Below are positions 30,764-40,913 of a stretch of DNA of 64,000 bases, in pieces; positions within the stretch are counted from its first letter, which is position 1; every line of letters starts with the position of its first letter. This stretch comes from a bacterium. GTDB taxonomy: Bacteria; UBA8248. The translations under genes and the position numbers were made by a program. The notes under the pieces were generated by a model that was not told the DNA's origin, did no database searches, and saw only the letters and a list, made by a program, of their open reading frames with translations. The stretch spans positions 1,824,001-1,888,000 of the forward strand of contig CBDBBI010000010.1 in NCBI GenBank assembly GCA_965202625.1, in the 5' to 3' direction.

Positions 30764-31483
30764 TCATTTTTGAGGCGGTTTCGTCTGGATGTACTCCTCG
30801 ACGCGAAGAACACCCTTCGTTACGCGAATGAGATGTATGACCAGTTCTTTCTCGGACTCCGTTCTCGCGCGGCCTATGATATAGACCTTATTTCGCATGG
30901 CCTGCCAGCGATAATTCACGGACTTCACTCCCTCCGCCGCCAGAAGCTGCGCTTTGATTTTCGCCTCTATCCATGCGTTGCTGGCAATTCGGCTGATTTT
31001 GACGATGTCACGCTCATCAGCCGGCCCTTGCTTCGCCGCCGCGCGGCGACGCTCCACCTCGGAGGGGAAACCTAGGATGACGTGATTATAAATAGCCTTG
31101 ATTCTGGGGTCGCGCTGCGCAATGCGCAAAACGGCCTCTCGCTTCCACTTCGCGTCCACCACGCCGGTGAGCAACACCCTTCCCTCCCAAACAGTCGTAT
31201 CTACGTCCACCGGCAAGCCGCTATCGACGCGTAAATACTCTTTGAGCAAACTCGCATGTATTTTCGCATCCTCAAGCTGCCGACTTAAGGGACGGGCCTC
31301 CAAGGCGCTGCGCAAGGTCTCCTGGGCGACCACGAACGCCCCGGGAATGCATCCGCTCACCCATAAAGGCAAAAACGCGAGGAGGACAATCTTGGTCAAT
31401 GTGCCCACAAATTCCCCCGTGGACGGAGTAGAATAAAAATGCGCCTTTATTTTGCTTCCAGTCTCGCACGGAGGCAAGGCCAA
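30764..31483 (-). CDS. BON-domain lipoprotein (DolP/YraP-like)
   Basis: Lipobox-like VSGC; two BON repeats (GRVLLTG; DA/NA..I.AKIKA.LL); true start probably near 31408. Confidence 0.8.
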   Translation of the reverse strand: MALPPCETGSKIKAHFYSTPSTGEFVGTLTKIVLLAFLPLWVSGCIPGAFVVAQETLRSALEARPLSRQLEDAKIHASLLKEYLRVDSGLPVDVDTTVWEGRVLLTGVVDAKWKREAVLRIAQRDPRIKAIYNHVILGFPSEVERRRAAAKQGPADERDIVKISRIASNAWIEAKIKAQLLAAEGVKSVNYRWQAMRNKVYIIGRARTESEKELVIHLIRVTKGVLRVEEYIQTKPPQK

Positions 31484-31650
31484 GAAACGAAACGAGAAAC
31501 CTCCCCAACTGTTCGCGTCATCCCCCGGGGGCGCGGCCGCTTTTCCAATTGCAATACGCTTAAGGAAAAAGCATCATGCGTGTCTTGGTGAGCGAACGTC
31601 TGCGCTCTGCCAGCCGCGCGCGCGATCCTTCGTAGTTTTCGGGAGAGAAA

Positions 31651-31851
31651 ATGCCGATTTCAGACAACGCCTTCAAAACCCAGTGTGCCGCCTTCTTTGG
31701 AGATACACTCGACCTTGAGAGACGCGCCTTCATCCTCGTCGCCTTGAAAGGTCTTGAGAGGGGGCATGCATCGTTGCTGGAGCGCCTCTCGCCAGAGGCA
31801 ACGCCTGAGGGACACGCTAGCTTCCTGCGCTCCTTGGCGAGGGAGAAATAA
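31651..31851 (+). CDS. Small hypothetical protein immediately upstream of the amidase
   Basis: GGAGA RBS; stop 2 nt before the amidase TTG start. Confidence 0.55.
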   Translation: MPISDNAFKTQCAAFFGDTLDLERRAFILVALKGLERGHASLLERLSPEATPEGHASFLRSLAREK

Positions 31852-31852
31852 A

Positions 31853-33265
31853 TTGACCGACGACCCCACGAACCTCACCGCCGCGCAAATCGTCGATTGC
31901 GTCAAGGGAAAAAGAATGCGCGCCGTTCAGGTTGCCGAGGCGCATCTCAAGCGCGCGGAAAAAATCGGCGCCGTCCTGAACTCCTGGATCACGCTTGACC
32001 CAGAAGGCGCTATGAAGGCGGCCCAGGAAGTGGACGCCGCCATCACCCGGGGCGACGACCCCGGGCCCATGGCCGGCGCGCCGATAGGTCTGAAAGACCT
32101 GATTGACGTCGCAGGTCTGCCGACCACGGCGGGAAGCGTCATCAAACAGGATCGCGTCGCGGAATGGGACGCGCCCCTAGCCCGAAAGATACGCCGGTCA
32201 GGGGGCGTGATACTAGGCAAGCTGAATCTGCACGAATACGCCTTTGGCCCCACCGGTCACAATCCCCATTACGGGGATCAGAAAAACCCATGGGACGCCA
32301 CTCGAATCACAGGCGGATCAAGCGGCGGCTCGGGCAACAGCGTGGCAACGCGACAGGTCGCCATAGCCATCGGCTCCGACACGGGCGGCTCCATCCGCAT
32401 CCCCGCGTCCCTTTGCGGCGTCATCGGACATAAGCCCACCCACGGACTCGTCACGAAGGTGAATTGCGCGCCGTTGTCATGGTCGCTCGATTCTTTCGGA
32501 CCGCTAGCGCGTTCTGCCCAAGACTGCGCGCTGATGATGTCCTCAATCGCGGGATACGATCCGGTCGACCCCTCGTCCATCACGAGCGATCCACCCGATT
32601 TCACCGATGCGCTGAGCGCGCCCATCGAAAGTCTTCGGGTCGGCCACGCGCGGGAATACTACGAGGGGAGATCGGAACCCTCCGTGGCGGAGGCGGTGAA
32701 CAAGTTGGCGGGGACGCTCCGAGAGGCAGGTGCCAAGGTCGTCGACGTCAAAATACCCGACGTCGAGAACGCGGTTCACGCCGCCTCCGTCGTGATGGTA
32801 TCCGAAGCGGCGGCCACGCACGAGAAAAACGTGCGAGAAAAAGCACGGTATTTCGACCCGGGAGTTCTGGAGAGAATCCGAACGGGTTTTTTTATCTCCG
32901 CCATCTCATACATTCAGGCACTCAGATTCAGGGAGCAATGGACGAAGCGCATCTGTAAGGAAGTGTTCGGCCAGGTGGACCTCGTTCTCTCCGCCACCAC
33001 GCCAATTCCCGCTGCCTTACGCTCTCAAGCGACCGGAGTCGTGCGCGGCCAAGAAGTTGAAATCAGAACACTCATGATCTCCTTGACGAGGCTTTGGAAT
33101 TTTCTCGGCGGACCATCCACGGCGTTTCCCGCGGGGATGAGCGAGGAGGGATTGCCTCTCGGAGCGCAAATCATGGGCGCGCCCTTTGACGATCACCGCA
33201 CGCTCGCGTTAGTCCATCAACTGGAGAAAGCGGGCATCGTGAAAGTGGAGGAACCACCCCTCTAA
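31853..33265 (+). CDS. Amidase signature family enzyme (GatA/AtzE-like)
   Basis: GLKD, GGSSGGS and GSDTGGSIRIPASLCG. Confidence 0.92.
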   Translation: MTDDPTNLTAAQIVDCVKGKRMRAVQVAEAHLKRAEKIGAVLNSWITLDPEGAMKAAQEVDAAITRGDDPGPMAGAPIGLKDLIDVAGLPTTAGSVIKQDRVAEWDAPLARKIRRSGGVILGKLNLHEYAFGPTGHNPHYGDQKNPWDATRITGGSSGGSGNSVATRQVAIAIGSDTGGSIRIPASLCGVIGHKPTHGLVTKVNCAPLSWSLDSFGPLARSAQDCALMMSSIAGYDPVDPSSITSDPPDFTDALSAPIESLRVGHAREYYEGRSEPSVAEAVNKLAGTLREAGAKVVDVKIPDVENAVHAASVVMVSEAAATHEKNVREKARYFDPGVLERIRTGFFISAISYIQALRFREQWTKRICKEVFGQVDLVLSATTPIPAALRSQATGVVRGQEVEIRTLMISLTRLWNFLGGPSTAFPAGMSEEGLPLGAQIMGAPFDDHRTLALVHQLEKAGIVKVEEPPL

Positions 33266-33280
33266 CGCGCAAGAGCCGTC

Positions 33281-34537
33281 CTACTCTGGTCTGGCGCCAT
33301 TCGCCCCCATCGGAAATTTCTCGCAAAGCGCTCTGACATCCTCCCTCACCGACGCGATGCGCGACTCATTCGCGATGTCGGCCAGCACGTCGGCTATCCA
33401 TCCGCCCACGACTCTCATCTCAGCTTCTTTCATGTGACGAGACGTCAGCGCAGGCGTCCCGATGCGTATCCCGCTCGTGAACGCCGGTTTTCTGGTATCG
33501 AAGGGAATGGCGTTTTTGTTCACCGTGATTCCGGCCTGGCCCAGGGCGGTTTCCGCCTTCTTGCCGTTGAAGCCGGCCTCGCGCAGATCCAAGAGGAGCA
33601 GATGGTTGTCCGTCCCACCTGAAACCAGATGGATTCCCCGTCTCAGCAGCGCGTCCGCGAGGGCTTTTGCGTTTTTCACGATCTGTTCCGCATAGTCCTT
33701 GAACTCCGGGCCGCTCGCCTCCTTCAGCGCCACCGCCTTGGCCGCGATGACGTGCATCAGAGGCCCGCCCTGAAGTCCCGGAAAGATGGCCTTATTCATT
33801 AGCGCCGCATAGTCCTCGTCGCAAAGTATCATGCCGCCGCGAGGCCCCCTGAGCGTCTTGTGCGTCGTGGTGGTAATGATCTGCGCGTGGCCCGCAGGAC
33901 TGGGATGCGCGCCGCTCACGATGAGGCCCGCAACGTGGGCGATGTCCGCCATCACCACGGCGCCTACCTCGTTCGCGATCTCCCTGAACCGCGCGTAATC
34001 GATTGAGCGGGGATACGCACTCGCCCCCACGACCATCACCTTGGGCCGATGCGCTCTGGCCTGGCTCTCCACCTCGTCAAAATCGATCACGTGGTTCTCG
34101 GGATCCACACCGTAGGCCACCACATTGAACCAACGGCCCGAGAAAGTGACGGGATGCCCGTGAGTGAGGTGGCCCCCGTGAGAGAGATTCATCCCCAAAA
34201 GAGTGTCGCCGGGATCGAGTAAGCCATAATACACCGCAGCGTTCGCCTGGGCGCCGCTGTGCGGCTGCACACAAGCGTGATCCACACCGAAAAGGGACTT
34301 CGCCCGCTCAATGGCAAGGGACTCAACCACATCCACAAACTGACAGCCGCCGTAATACCGCTTTCCCGGAAACCCCTCGGCATACTTGTTCGTCATCACG
34401 CCGCCAGTCGCCTCCATCACCGCCTGGCTCACATAGTTCTCTGAAGCGATGAGTTCAAGCTCCTCCGCCTGACGCTTCTTCTCATTCTCCATGCCGACGA
34501 AAACGTCCGGGTCGCTCAGCGCAAGTGCCGATGACAT
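33281..34537 (-). CDS. glyA: Serine hydroxymethyltransferase
   Basis: [27 protein letters not shown] and SGIRIGTPA. Confidence 0.98.
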   Translation of the reverse strand: MSSALALSDPDVFVGMENEKKRQAEELELIASENYVSQAVMEATGGVMTNKYAEGFPGKRYYGGCQFVDVVESLAIERAKSLFGVDHACVQPHSGAQANAAVYYGLLDPGDTLLGMNLSHGGHLTHGHPVTFSGRWFNVVAYGVDPENHVIDFDEVESQARAHRPKVMVVGASAYPRSIDYARFREIANEVGAVVMADIAHVAGLIVSGAHPSPAGHAQIITTTTHKTLRGPRGGMILCDEDYAALMNKAIFPGLQGGPLMHVIAAKAVALKEASGPEFKDYAEQIVKNAKALADALLRRGIHLVSGGTDNHLLLLDLREAGFNGKKAETALGQAGITVNKNAIPFDTRKPAFTSGIRIGTPALTSRHMKEAEMRVVGGWIADVLADIANESRIASVREDVRALCEKFPMGANGARPE

Positions 34538-34747
34538 GAAGGCGCCCTCCAGATTGCTGCGGGAAAAGCGGGAAGCTCGTGGAGACCTCAAGACCACCAG
34601 AAGCTAACAAACGGATTTGGGAGCGTCAATCCCCGAGAGGGTGAAAACCCAGGGCGCGGCGCCCATTGCGAGGCGCGAACGCCTTGCGCGATTTTAAGGT
34701 ATAATGACGTTTAGAAATTGGGATCAAAGAGGAATTCATCATGCTGG

Positions 34748-35206
34748 ATGAAACCGACGATCTGCTCACCATCACTCCGGAAGGGGATTCCCTTGACCTC
34801 TCTTCCACTCGAGCCGGCGGCACTCGACTCAGCAGATCGGCTACGCGATGAAATTCTCTCGGGCGTGGGGAATCGCGACGCCTCCATGAACCAACTCAAG
34901 GATTTGGTGGCACGCCATGCCGACACCCTGCCCGGCTGGGCGGCGATGGGAGAAATCGCGCGCGCCGGCGGGGAGACCCTTAACGTATACGCCTACTTCA
35001 GGGTTGCCTATCACAGAGGACTCGACAAGGCGCGCGCCTCGGACTGGCGCGGCGACGGACATATCCCTTGGGAAATCCCCGCCAATTGGCCCTTTCTGCG
35101 CGCCATTCATGGTCTGGCCCAATGCGCCGACGCCCTCGGGGAATCCACCGAGGCGAAGCGCTGCGGCGATTTTTGGGGAACTCTCGCTCCGAGCCATCCG
35201 TTCTGA
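34748..35206 (+). CDS. DUF3151-like protein
   Basis: YAYFRVAYHRGLDKARASDWRGDGHIPW...NWPFLRAI..LA matches the DUF3151 pattern as I recall it. Confidence 0.7.
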   Translation: MKPTICSPSLRKGIPLTSLPLEPAALDSADRLRDEILSGVGNRDASMNQLKDLVARHADTLPGWAAMGEIARAGGETLNVYAYFRVAYHRGLDKARASDWRGDGHIPWEIPANWPFLRAIHGLAQCADALGESTEAKRCGDFWGTLAPSHPF

Positions 35207-35317
35207 GCACGACGCCTCTTCTCAATCGAGCGGGCAAAAAAATAAAAAGAAAGAGGAAAGAGAGATTGATGAGACACTTGGAGCCAGATGCCAAACACAC
35301 CGGGATAAAAAGTGCGA

Positions 35318-35644
35318 TCATCCCCCCATGTATTGCCCCATGAGGAGGACGTGATCATCCTCTTTCATCTCGGAATCGAGTGTATGGTGAATGCCCAGGA
35401 GCGCGTCGTTGACGGCGATCTCCAGGTGCTCGGCGAGCGTACCTGAGTCGTCATACCAAAGCGCCTCATCCAAGGTCCGATAACGCGCGCTCATCTTTCT
35501 TAGAACATCTCGAAGGGTAGCACCTTGGGGAACCCGCTCGTCGAAGAGTTTGCGCTCGTTCCCGTCTCCGCCCACGAACGTTGACGCCCAAGAGATAAAT
35601 TCCAGTCGAACGCGAATGCCGTCTGCGCCGCTCGTCTCGCCCAT
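35318..35644 (-). CDS. MoaD/ThiS-family sulfur carrier
   Basis: Beta-grasp size; C-terminal GG. Confidence 0.82.
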   Translation of the reverse strand: MGETSGADGIRVRLEFISWASTFVGGDGNERKLFDERVPQGATLRDVLRKMSARYRTLDEALWYDDSGTLAEHLEIAVNDALLGIHHTLDSEMKEDDHVLLMGQYMGG

Positions 35645-35670
35645 GGACCGCATCCTCCGCAACGATTGCG

Positions 35671-37548
35671 CTAATCGCTCGCCGCGGCGCCCCATAGGGC
35701 CTCGGCGACGTCCTCAAGGCCGAGCGCGCGCAAAAGCTCGACTCTGGGACGACCGGTGTCCCTGTCGTAACCTACCGTCTCGTACCAAATGTCGAGCATT
35801 CTCTGCCACTCATCCATGATTGAGACGCCCGCGACCGGCCCATCCACCGGAGTAGAACCGTAGCGCTTGGAGGGCTTCTCGAGCTCGGGGCCGATGCCGC
35901 AGCGCAAGTTGAACGCGCGCATCAAGGCGTTGATGCGGCGGCCGGTCTGTATTGCCTCATCCTTGTCGAGGTCCCATCCGGTGGCCGCCTGAACCGAGCG
36001 GCACAAAATATCCATCGGCGCCCACATGGTGAACACGCACGCCCCCAGAGAATCCTCAAACGCGCGGCGTCCCCTCAGACCGCCTACTTGCTTTGGCACA
36101 GCTTGCGGATCTTGGGGCTCCACGCGCGCGGGCAAGCCATAGTCCGTCGGAAACACCGGAGGGGCGGTATCCAGCGTTCCGCCGGAACCCGTGCAGGTGT
36201 CGATCATCTCCTGCCAGCGGGAGCGGTGGTCGTGCCCTCTCGGGGTATTGCCAATCTCGGTATAAATGGCGCAATTCCGCGCGTCTGCGCCGAGTTTCTC
36301 CGCCGCGCGCTTGGTGCCTTCGGCCAGGAGGTCGCCCATGCCCTCGCGCTTGCAAATCATATCGAGCAGCCTGTTCGCTCCATCAACGTCACCCCATTCC
36401 AGGTGGAAGCCCAGGTCCGCGTCCGTAATATAGCCTTTCTGCTGGCACTCCATCACCCAGCCGCAGAGCCAGCCAAACTCGTTCACATCCACGCAGGCGC
36501 GGTCGAGCTGGGTGTTCATCCAGGAGACCTTCTGGGGGTCGGTGGCACCAATCGTCCAGCCCGCCCCCGACCAACCCTCGTACTCGGGCTCGTCCACCAC
36601 CTGTCCCTTGTAGGGACCAGAGGAGATGACGTGCATGTGGCAATGGTGCATTCCGCATGCGCTGCATTGATGGCCCCGATGATCGAACCCCTCGCGCAGG
36701 CCGTTGGCTTCCCACTGCCCGGTTTCGACTTCCCCTGGCCACACGTTCGTCGTGTAGTTGCGAATCGGAAGCGCGCCCATGCCTTGTAAGTTTCGCACCC
36801 CGCCCAGGGTCCCGTACATGTACAGTCCCTTGGTGGAGGGGTCAGTCTGAAGGCTATGGGCGATGTCGTCTGCCGCCGTGAAGAGCGCTCTGGGATGGGC
36901 GGCGGCGACTCCTTTCTTTCCGCGCTCAATCACCACGGCTTTCACCTTTTTCTTGCCCATGACAGCCCCACAGCCATTCTTGCTGGCCACATGGCCATAA
37001 TCACCCTGTATGGCGGCGAAGCGCACAAGGCTCTCACCAGCGGGCCCAATGCTGTAGACGCTCAGATTGTGGCCGCTCAGCCCCAAGGTTTCCTCGAGTG
37101 CCTGCTGCGTCTCCCAGGTGTCCTTGCCCAACAGCTCGCCGGCATCGCAAAGCGTCACACCCCCATCGTAAACATGGAGGTACGCCCAATCGGGCGATTC
37201 CCCCTGAAATACGATGGCGTCGTAGCCGCAATACTTGAGATTCGCGCCAAAAAAGCCGTTCGCCTGTGTGTTGGTGGCCCCGTTCGTGAGTGCGCCCCGC
37301 GTCACCACGGTAAGCCCGCCAGTTCCCCAAACCGGCAACCCCGCCAGGGGTCCTGTTGCCAAGACGAGCCGGTTTTCGGGATGATCCCAGCCCACCTCGG
37401 ACGGCACCTCATCCCACAGAATCTTGGCACCTAAGCCTGCTCCGCCCACCCACTTTCTGCGGTCGGCCGCTTCAAACCTCTCTCCCCAAGTCTCTCCATT
37501 CGAGAGATCGACACGGAGGATTTCTCCTGCGTATGCGTAATCAGTCAA
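35671..37548 (-). CDS. Aldehyde:ferredoxin oxidoreductase family (W-bis-pterin) catalytic subunit
   Basis: ILRVDLS, LKYCGYDAIV, SIGPAGE.LVRFA, GAVMGKKKVKAV, C..C..HC and EPEYE. Confidence 0.92.
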   Translation of the reverse strand: MTDYAYAGEILRVDLSNGETWGERFEAADRRKWVGGAGLGAKILWDEVPSEVGWDHPENRLVLATGPLAGLPVWGTGGLTVVTRGALTNGATNTQANGFFGANLKYCGYDAIVFQGESPDWAYLHVYDGGVTLCDAGELLGKDTWETQQALEETLGLSGHNLSVYSIGPAGESLVRFAAIQGDYGHVASKNGCGAVMGKKKVKAVVIERGKKGVAAAHPRALFTAADDIAHSLQTDPSTKGLYMYGTLGGVRNLQGMGALPIRNYTTNVWPGEVETGQWEANGLREGFDHRGHQCSACGMHHCHMHVISSGPYKGQVVDEPEYEGWSGAGWTIGATDPQKVSWMNTQLDRACVDVNEFGWLCGWVMECQQKGYITDADLGFHLEWGDVDGANRLLDMICKREGMGDLLAEGTKRAAEKLGADARNCAIYTEIGNTPRGHDHRSRWQEMIDTCTGSGGTLDTAPPVFPTDYGLPARVEPQDPQAVPKQVGGLRGRRAFEDSLGACVFTMWAPMDILCRSVQAATGWDLDKDEAIQTGRRINALMRAFNLRCGIGPELEKPSKRYGSTPVDGPVAGVSIMDEWQRMLDIWYETVGYDRDTGRPRVELLRALGLEDVAEALWGAAASD

Positions 37549-37566
37549 GGCATCGACCCCCTTTAT

Positions 37567-38889
37567 TTATGAAGAGACGGCGATTTCGCCCGCCGGCGTC
37601 GATGGACGCCCGAGAATGGTTTCCGGCAACAGGCCGCCCGCCGCGCCAGAGGCTAGAAACGCGCGTTTGACGTCAAATGGATTCTTGCGCAGATGCGCCT
37701 TCCACGCAGAGATATCCGCTCCCGTATAGACGAGGCCCTTGAGCATCCCCACATCGTTCGTCGTCCAGATATCTCGAGTTTTTCCTAGAATGATCGCGCC
37801 GGTCATCCTCCCGCCACGGCACAGGAGTTTCCTGTAAGCGGGGCGATCCGCCTGCACGACCTCATAAACCTCGGCGCCTGCGTCGTCCCACTCCCCGAAG
37901 CTGGCTACCTCCAGATCGAGGACGTCCACGATGTTCATGAGTAGGCTGCCCTTGTATGCGGTATCCTCTCCCGCCATGTTCGCCGCCGCCACGCGGCCAT
38001 GCTGCATGGCGGTGGGCTCAATGGCGTGCACGACTCTCTCGCCCGTCACGGCGTCAGGCCCTTGCGCGACGTCCCCCGCCGCGTAGATGTTCTCCACGCT
38101 CGTTCGACAACGATCGTCCACCAGAATTCCCCGCTCGATCTCAAGGCCGGCGCCCGCCACCCAGTCAATGTTGGGCTTGATGCCCGTGGCCATGATAACC
38201 ATGTCGACTTCCAGATTGGGGCCATTCCTGAATGTGATGAGTTTGGCTCCCCCCGCGTCCGCAATGGACACCACCTCGGTAGAGGTGCGCACCTCCACTC
38301 CACGCGTGCTTAGCCAGTTTTCGACGATTCCCGCGCCCGCGGTGTCTATCATGCGCGGCAAGACGTGCGATTCTAGCTCCACCACAGTCAGCCGCACCCC
38401 CTGATTCACGAGGGCGTTTAAAATCGTGAAGGCGATGAAGCCCGCGCCGATCATCGCCACGCGGGCACCCTCGCCCACACCGGACACCACGGCGCGCGCC
38501 TGTGGCAACGTCCAGAAGCTGTGCACGTTCCTCCCGTCCGCACCCGGCACAGGCGCCTTCACAGGGGAGGAACCCGTGGCGATCAAGAGGTTGTCGTATG
38601 CAATCTCATCGCCTCTCTCTAAAATTAACCTGTTGGCGGACACGTCGATTCTCTCGGCGCGCGCGCCGAGCCTCGCCTCTACGTTCAGCGACGCGAGCCT
38701 AGAGGGCGTCGCGATGTAAAGGTGGGACTCTGCAATATCCCGCGCCAAGTAATAGGGCAGCACCATCCGCGAATAAGGCGCCTCGTCCGCTATCAAGACG
38801 ATACGGGAATCGCCCCCGTCCAACTCCCTGAGGGTGGCGATGGCGTTCCAGCCGGCCGTCCCGCCGCCTACGATGACGTGTTTGGCCAT
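37567..38889 (-). CDS. FAD/NAD(P)-dependent oxidoreductase (AOR-associated)
   Basis: GGGTAG, LLIATGS, GAGFIA and YAAGDVA. Confidence 0.9.
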   Translation of the reverse strand: MAKHVIVGGGTAGWNAIATLRELDGGDSRIVLIADEAPYSRMVLPYYLARDIAESHLYIATPSRLASLNVEARLGARAERIDVSANRLILERGDEIAYDNLLIATGSSPVKAPVPGADGRNVHSFWTLPQARAVVSGVGEGARVAMIGAGFIAFTILNALVNQGVRLTVVELESHVLPRMIDTAGAGIVENWLSTRGVEVRTSTEVVSIADAGGAKLITFRNGPNLEVDMVIMATGIKPNIDWVAGAGLEIERGILVDDRCRTSVENIYAAGDVAQGPDAVTGERVVHAIEPTAMQHGRVAAANMAGEDTAYKGSLLMNIVDVLDLEVASFGEWDDAGAEVYEVVQADRPAYRKLLCRGGRMTGAIILGKTRDIWTTNDVGMLKGLVYTGADISAWKAHLRKNPFDVKRAFLASGAAGGLLPETILGRPSTPAGEIAVSS

Positions 38890-38891
38890 GA

Positions 38892-39371
38892 TCAGATCAC
38901 CTCCGCAAGCGGCCCGGCGGGCGATTTCGCCCGCTCTGCGGCGAAGGGTCCCACCCAGTCGGCCAGCGCGGCCTCCTCGTAGAGGATGGCGTGCGTGGGA
39001 CATACAGACACGCATGCGGGATTCCCCCCGCACAAGTCGCACTTGAACGCCTTGTGGGTGTCGATGTTATAGAACATCGTGCCATAGGGACACGCGATAG
39101 TGCAGAGCTTGCAGCCCACGCAAACGTCGTTCGCCACCTCCTTCGCTCCGGCCGGTGAGATGCCGATCGCCTCGACGGGACACGCCGTCAGGCACCACGC
39201 CTCGTCACACTGCGGACACGTGTAGGGTGCGTAGCTCGTGTGGCCCTCGAACGAGGACACACGAATCACCGCTTTGGAGGGCTGAAACGTCCCCGTCTGC
39301 TCGTAGGAACACGCGAGCTCGCACCGCATGCAGCCGGTGCACTTCTCAGGAATGATCTTGAGTATTTTCAT
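38892..39371 (-). CDS. 4x[4Fe-4S] electron-transfer subunit
   Basis: CTGCMRCELAC, CPQCDEAWCLTACP, CVGCKLCTIACP and CDLC..PACVSVCP. Confidence 0.93.
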   Translation of the reverse strand: MKILKIIPEKCTGCMRCELACSYEQTGTFQPSKAVIRVSSFEGHTSYAPYTCPQCDEAWCLTACPVEAIGISPAGAKEVANDVCVGCKLCTIACPYGTMFYNIDTHKAFKCDLCGGNPACVSVCPTHAILYEEAALADWVGPFAAERAKSPAGPLAEVI

Positions 39372-39492
39372 CGCCCCCCCAAGAGCCTGAATGCGAAAAG
39401 CGCATCATTGAAAAGTGAAGATGACGTCATTTTCTCAGAGATGGGCGATTCAGGTCAAACGAAAACTCCAGGTTCATGGGCAGGCGCGGGCG

Positions 39493-40340
39493 TCAATCGC
39501 CAGAGGTCACCAGGGCGGCCCCCGCCACGACGATGAGCGTGGCCGCCACCAGACGCTTCGTGATAACTTCCACATCGCGCAGCAACACCGGCCGACAACA
39601 AGACGATGAAGATCGAGGTCATACGAATCAGGGGACTGATCACGGCAGTTGCCCATCACGCAGCGAGGCCCAGAACAGCACGGCGGCCGAGAGAGCCAGC
39701 AGGCCTGCCGGAACGCACGCCAAGGCGACTCTCAAGATCGGCTGAAACCGTTGCAACTTTGAGGCGAAGCGCGATGAAGCCAGCAGACCCGCATTGGCGA
39801 TCAACATGGCGAGCAGAATGCCCGACCAAGGAGCGTTCATGGCAGCCAGCCCAGCTTTTCGAAGATAGAGCGTGAAGCAAAACGCGACTAAGGAGATGAG
39901 GGCGAACATGTAGTGCATAAGAGAATGCCCGCCCCTTCCCCTCTCGCCGGCGAGCTAGAACAGTCCTATGACGATCAGGGCGATTCCCACCCAGACGCCC
40001 GGAAGTTCGTTCAGAACCATCACGCCCATCACCGCCGCCCCGATGGGAGAGGCCGCCACAAGGCGTTTGTCCTGCTCATCCCGAGGTCCGCGCTCGAACG
40101 CAAGGCACTACAGCACACCATGAAGTTCCCGACCACGCCGGTCAAGGCTTAGAAAACGAGGGCGACACCTCAATCTCCCTCGTAGCTGTCAGAGAAAAGC
40201 GAATAAAAGGCGGCCAGAACCGCCATCCATCCATTGACCCAAAAGGTGATCGTCAACGCCAAGGCGCACTCTAGCAGCTTGCGAATGAGAATTTGATTAT
40301 CCGCGAATAAAAAAGCGCCCATCAGCACGTGAAACTGCCG
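39493..40340 (-). pseudogene. EamA/DMT transporter pseudogene
   Basis: Hydrophobic frame with several in-frame stops: LMGAFLFADNQILIRK...LGMSRTNALVAASPIGAAVMGVMVLNE...LLRDVEVITKRLVAATLIVVAGAALVT. Confidence 0.7.
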
Positions 40341-40683
40341 GCGACGCGTCCACGATGAAATTCACCACCTCAACGCTCCGCCGTCATAGAAAAACAGAGG
40401 GAAGACGACAGAATCATCACCAAAACAAAACGGGCTGACTGGTTCAAAGAATACTGCTCTTCCTCTCGTTTGGTCGCTGAGTGAAAAAGCCGCGCCCCTC
40501 TTGGGGGGGGCTACCCGCCCAAGATGACCGTCAAAGCGCGCGCCACGGCGAGCACCCCGGACGAGCACGCGCAAATTGACACGATCCAGATTCTGATAAA
40601 AAATGGGAATTATATACTATAGTGCCCTGAAATAACCCCTAAGAATTAGTAAATTCAACAAATCTATTTATATTCATTTCTGC

Positions 40684-40713
40684 TTGACAAATCCAATAAG
40701 CATCCCGCATTAT
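40684..40713 (+). promoter_or_regulatory. Putative sigma70 promoter for the passenger transcript
   Basis: TTGACA-N18-CATTAT, ~10 nt upstream of the structured RNA. Confidence 0.5.
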
Positions 40714-40721
40714 CACTCCCA

Positions 40722-40881
40722 GATACCATCATAGAGAGCCCGTCTGTAAAGTCGGGTCGCTCGCTGAATACAATAGCCTTCGCACCCGATTCGGGGTAGC
40801 TCCCCGGACCAAGGTAAATAGGTGAGACCTCACTTTCTCTCTGTGATGGTAGCCAAGACCCGGCCTCGTCGAGATGCCGGG
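40722..40881 (+). ncRNA. Candidate structured RNA/leader of unassigned family
   Basis: 15-bp closing stem TACCATCATAGAGAG (40724-38)/CTCTCTGTGATGGTA (40837-51) with one G-U pair; it encloses several hairpins and is followed by a CCCGGC/GCCGGG hairpin; GC-rich within an AT-rich element. Confidence 0.55.
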
Positions 40882-40913
40882 AATAATGGTTATTTATTTC
40901 ACAGGAGAAAGTC

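Noticed and set aside
40722-40881. Retron msr-msd, pistol ribozyme or M-box identity for the IS-internal RNA
   Set aside because: No reverse transcriptase nearby; only short word matches (TAAATAG, TAGGTGAG) without the required pseudoknot or core. Kept as unassigned.
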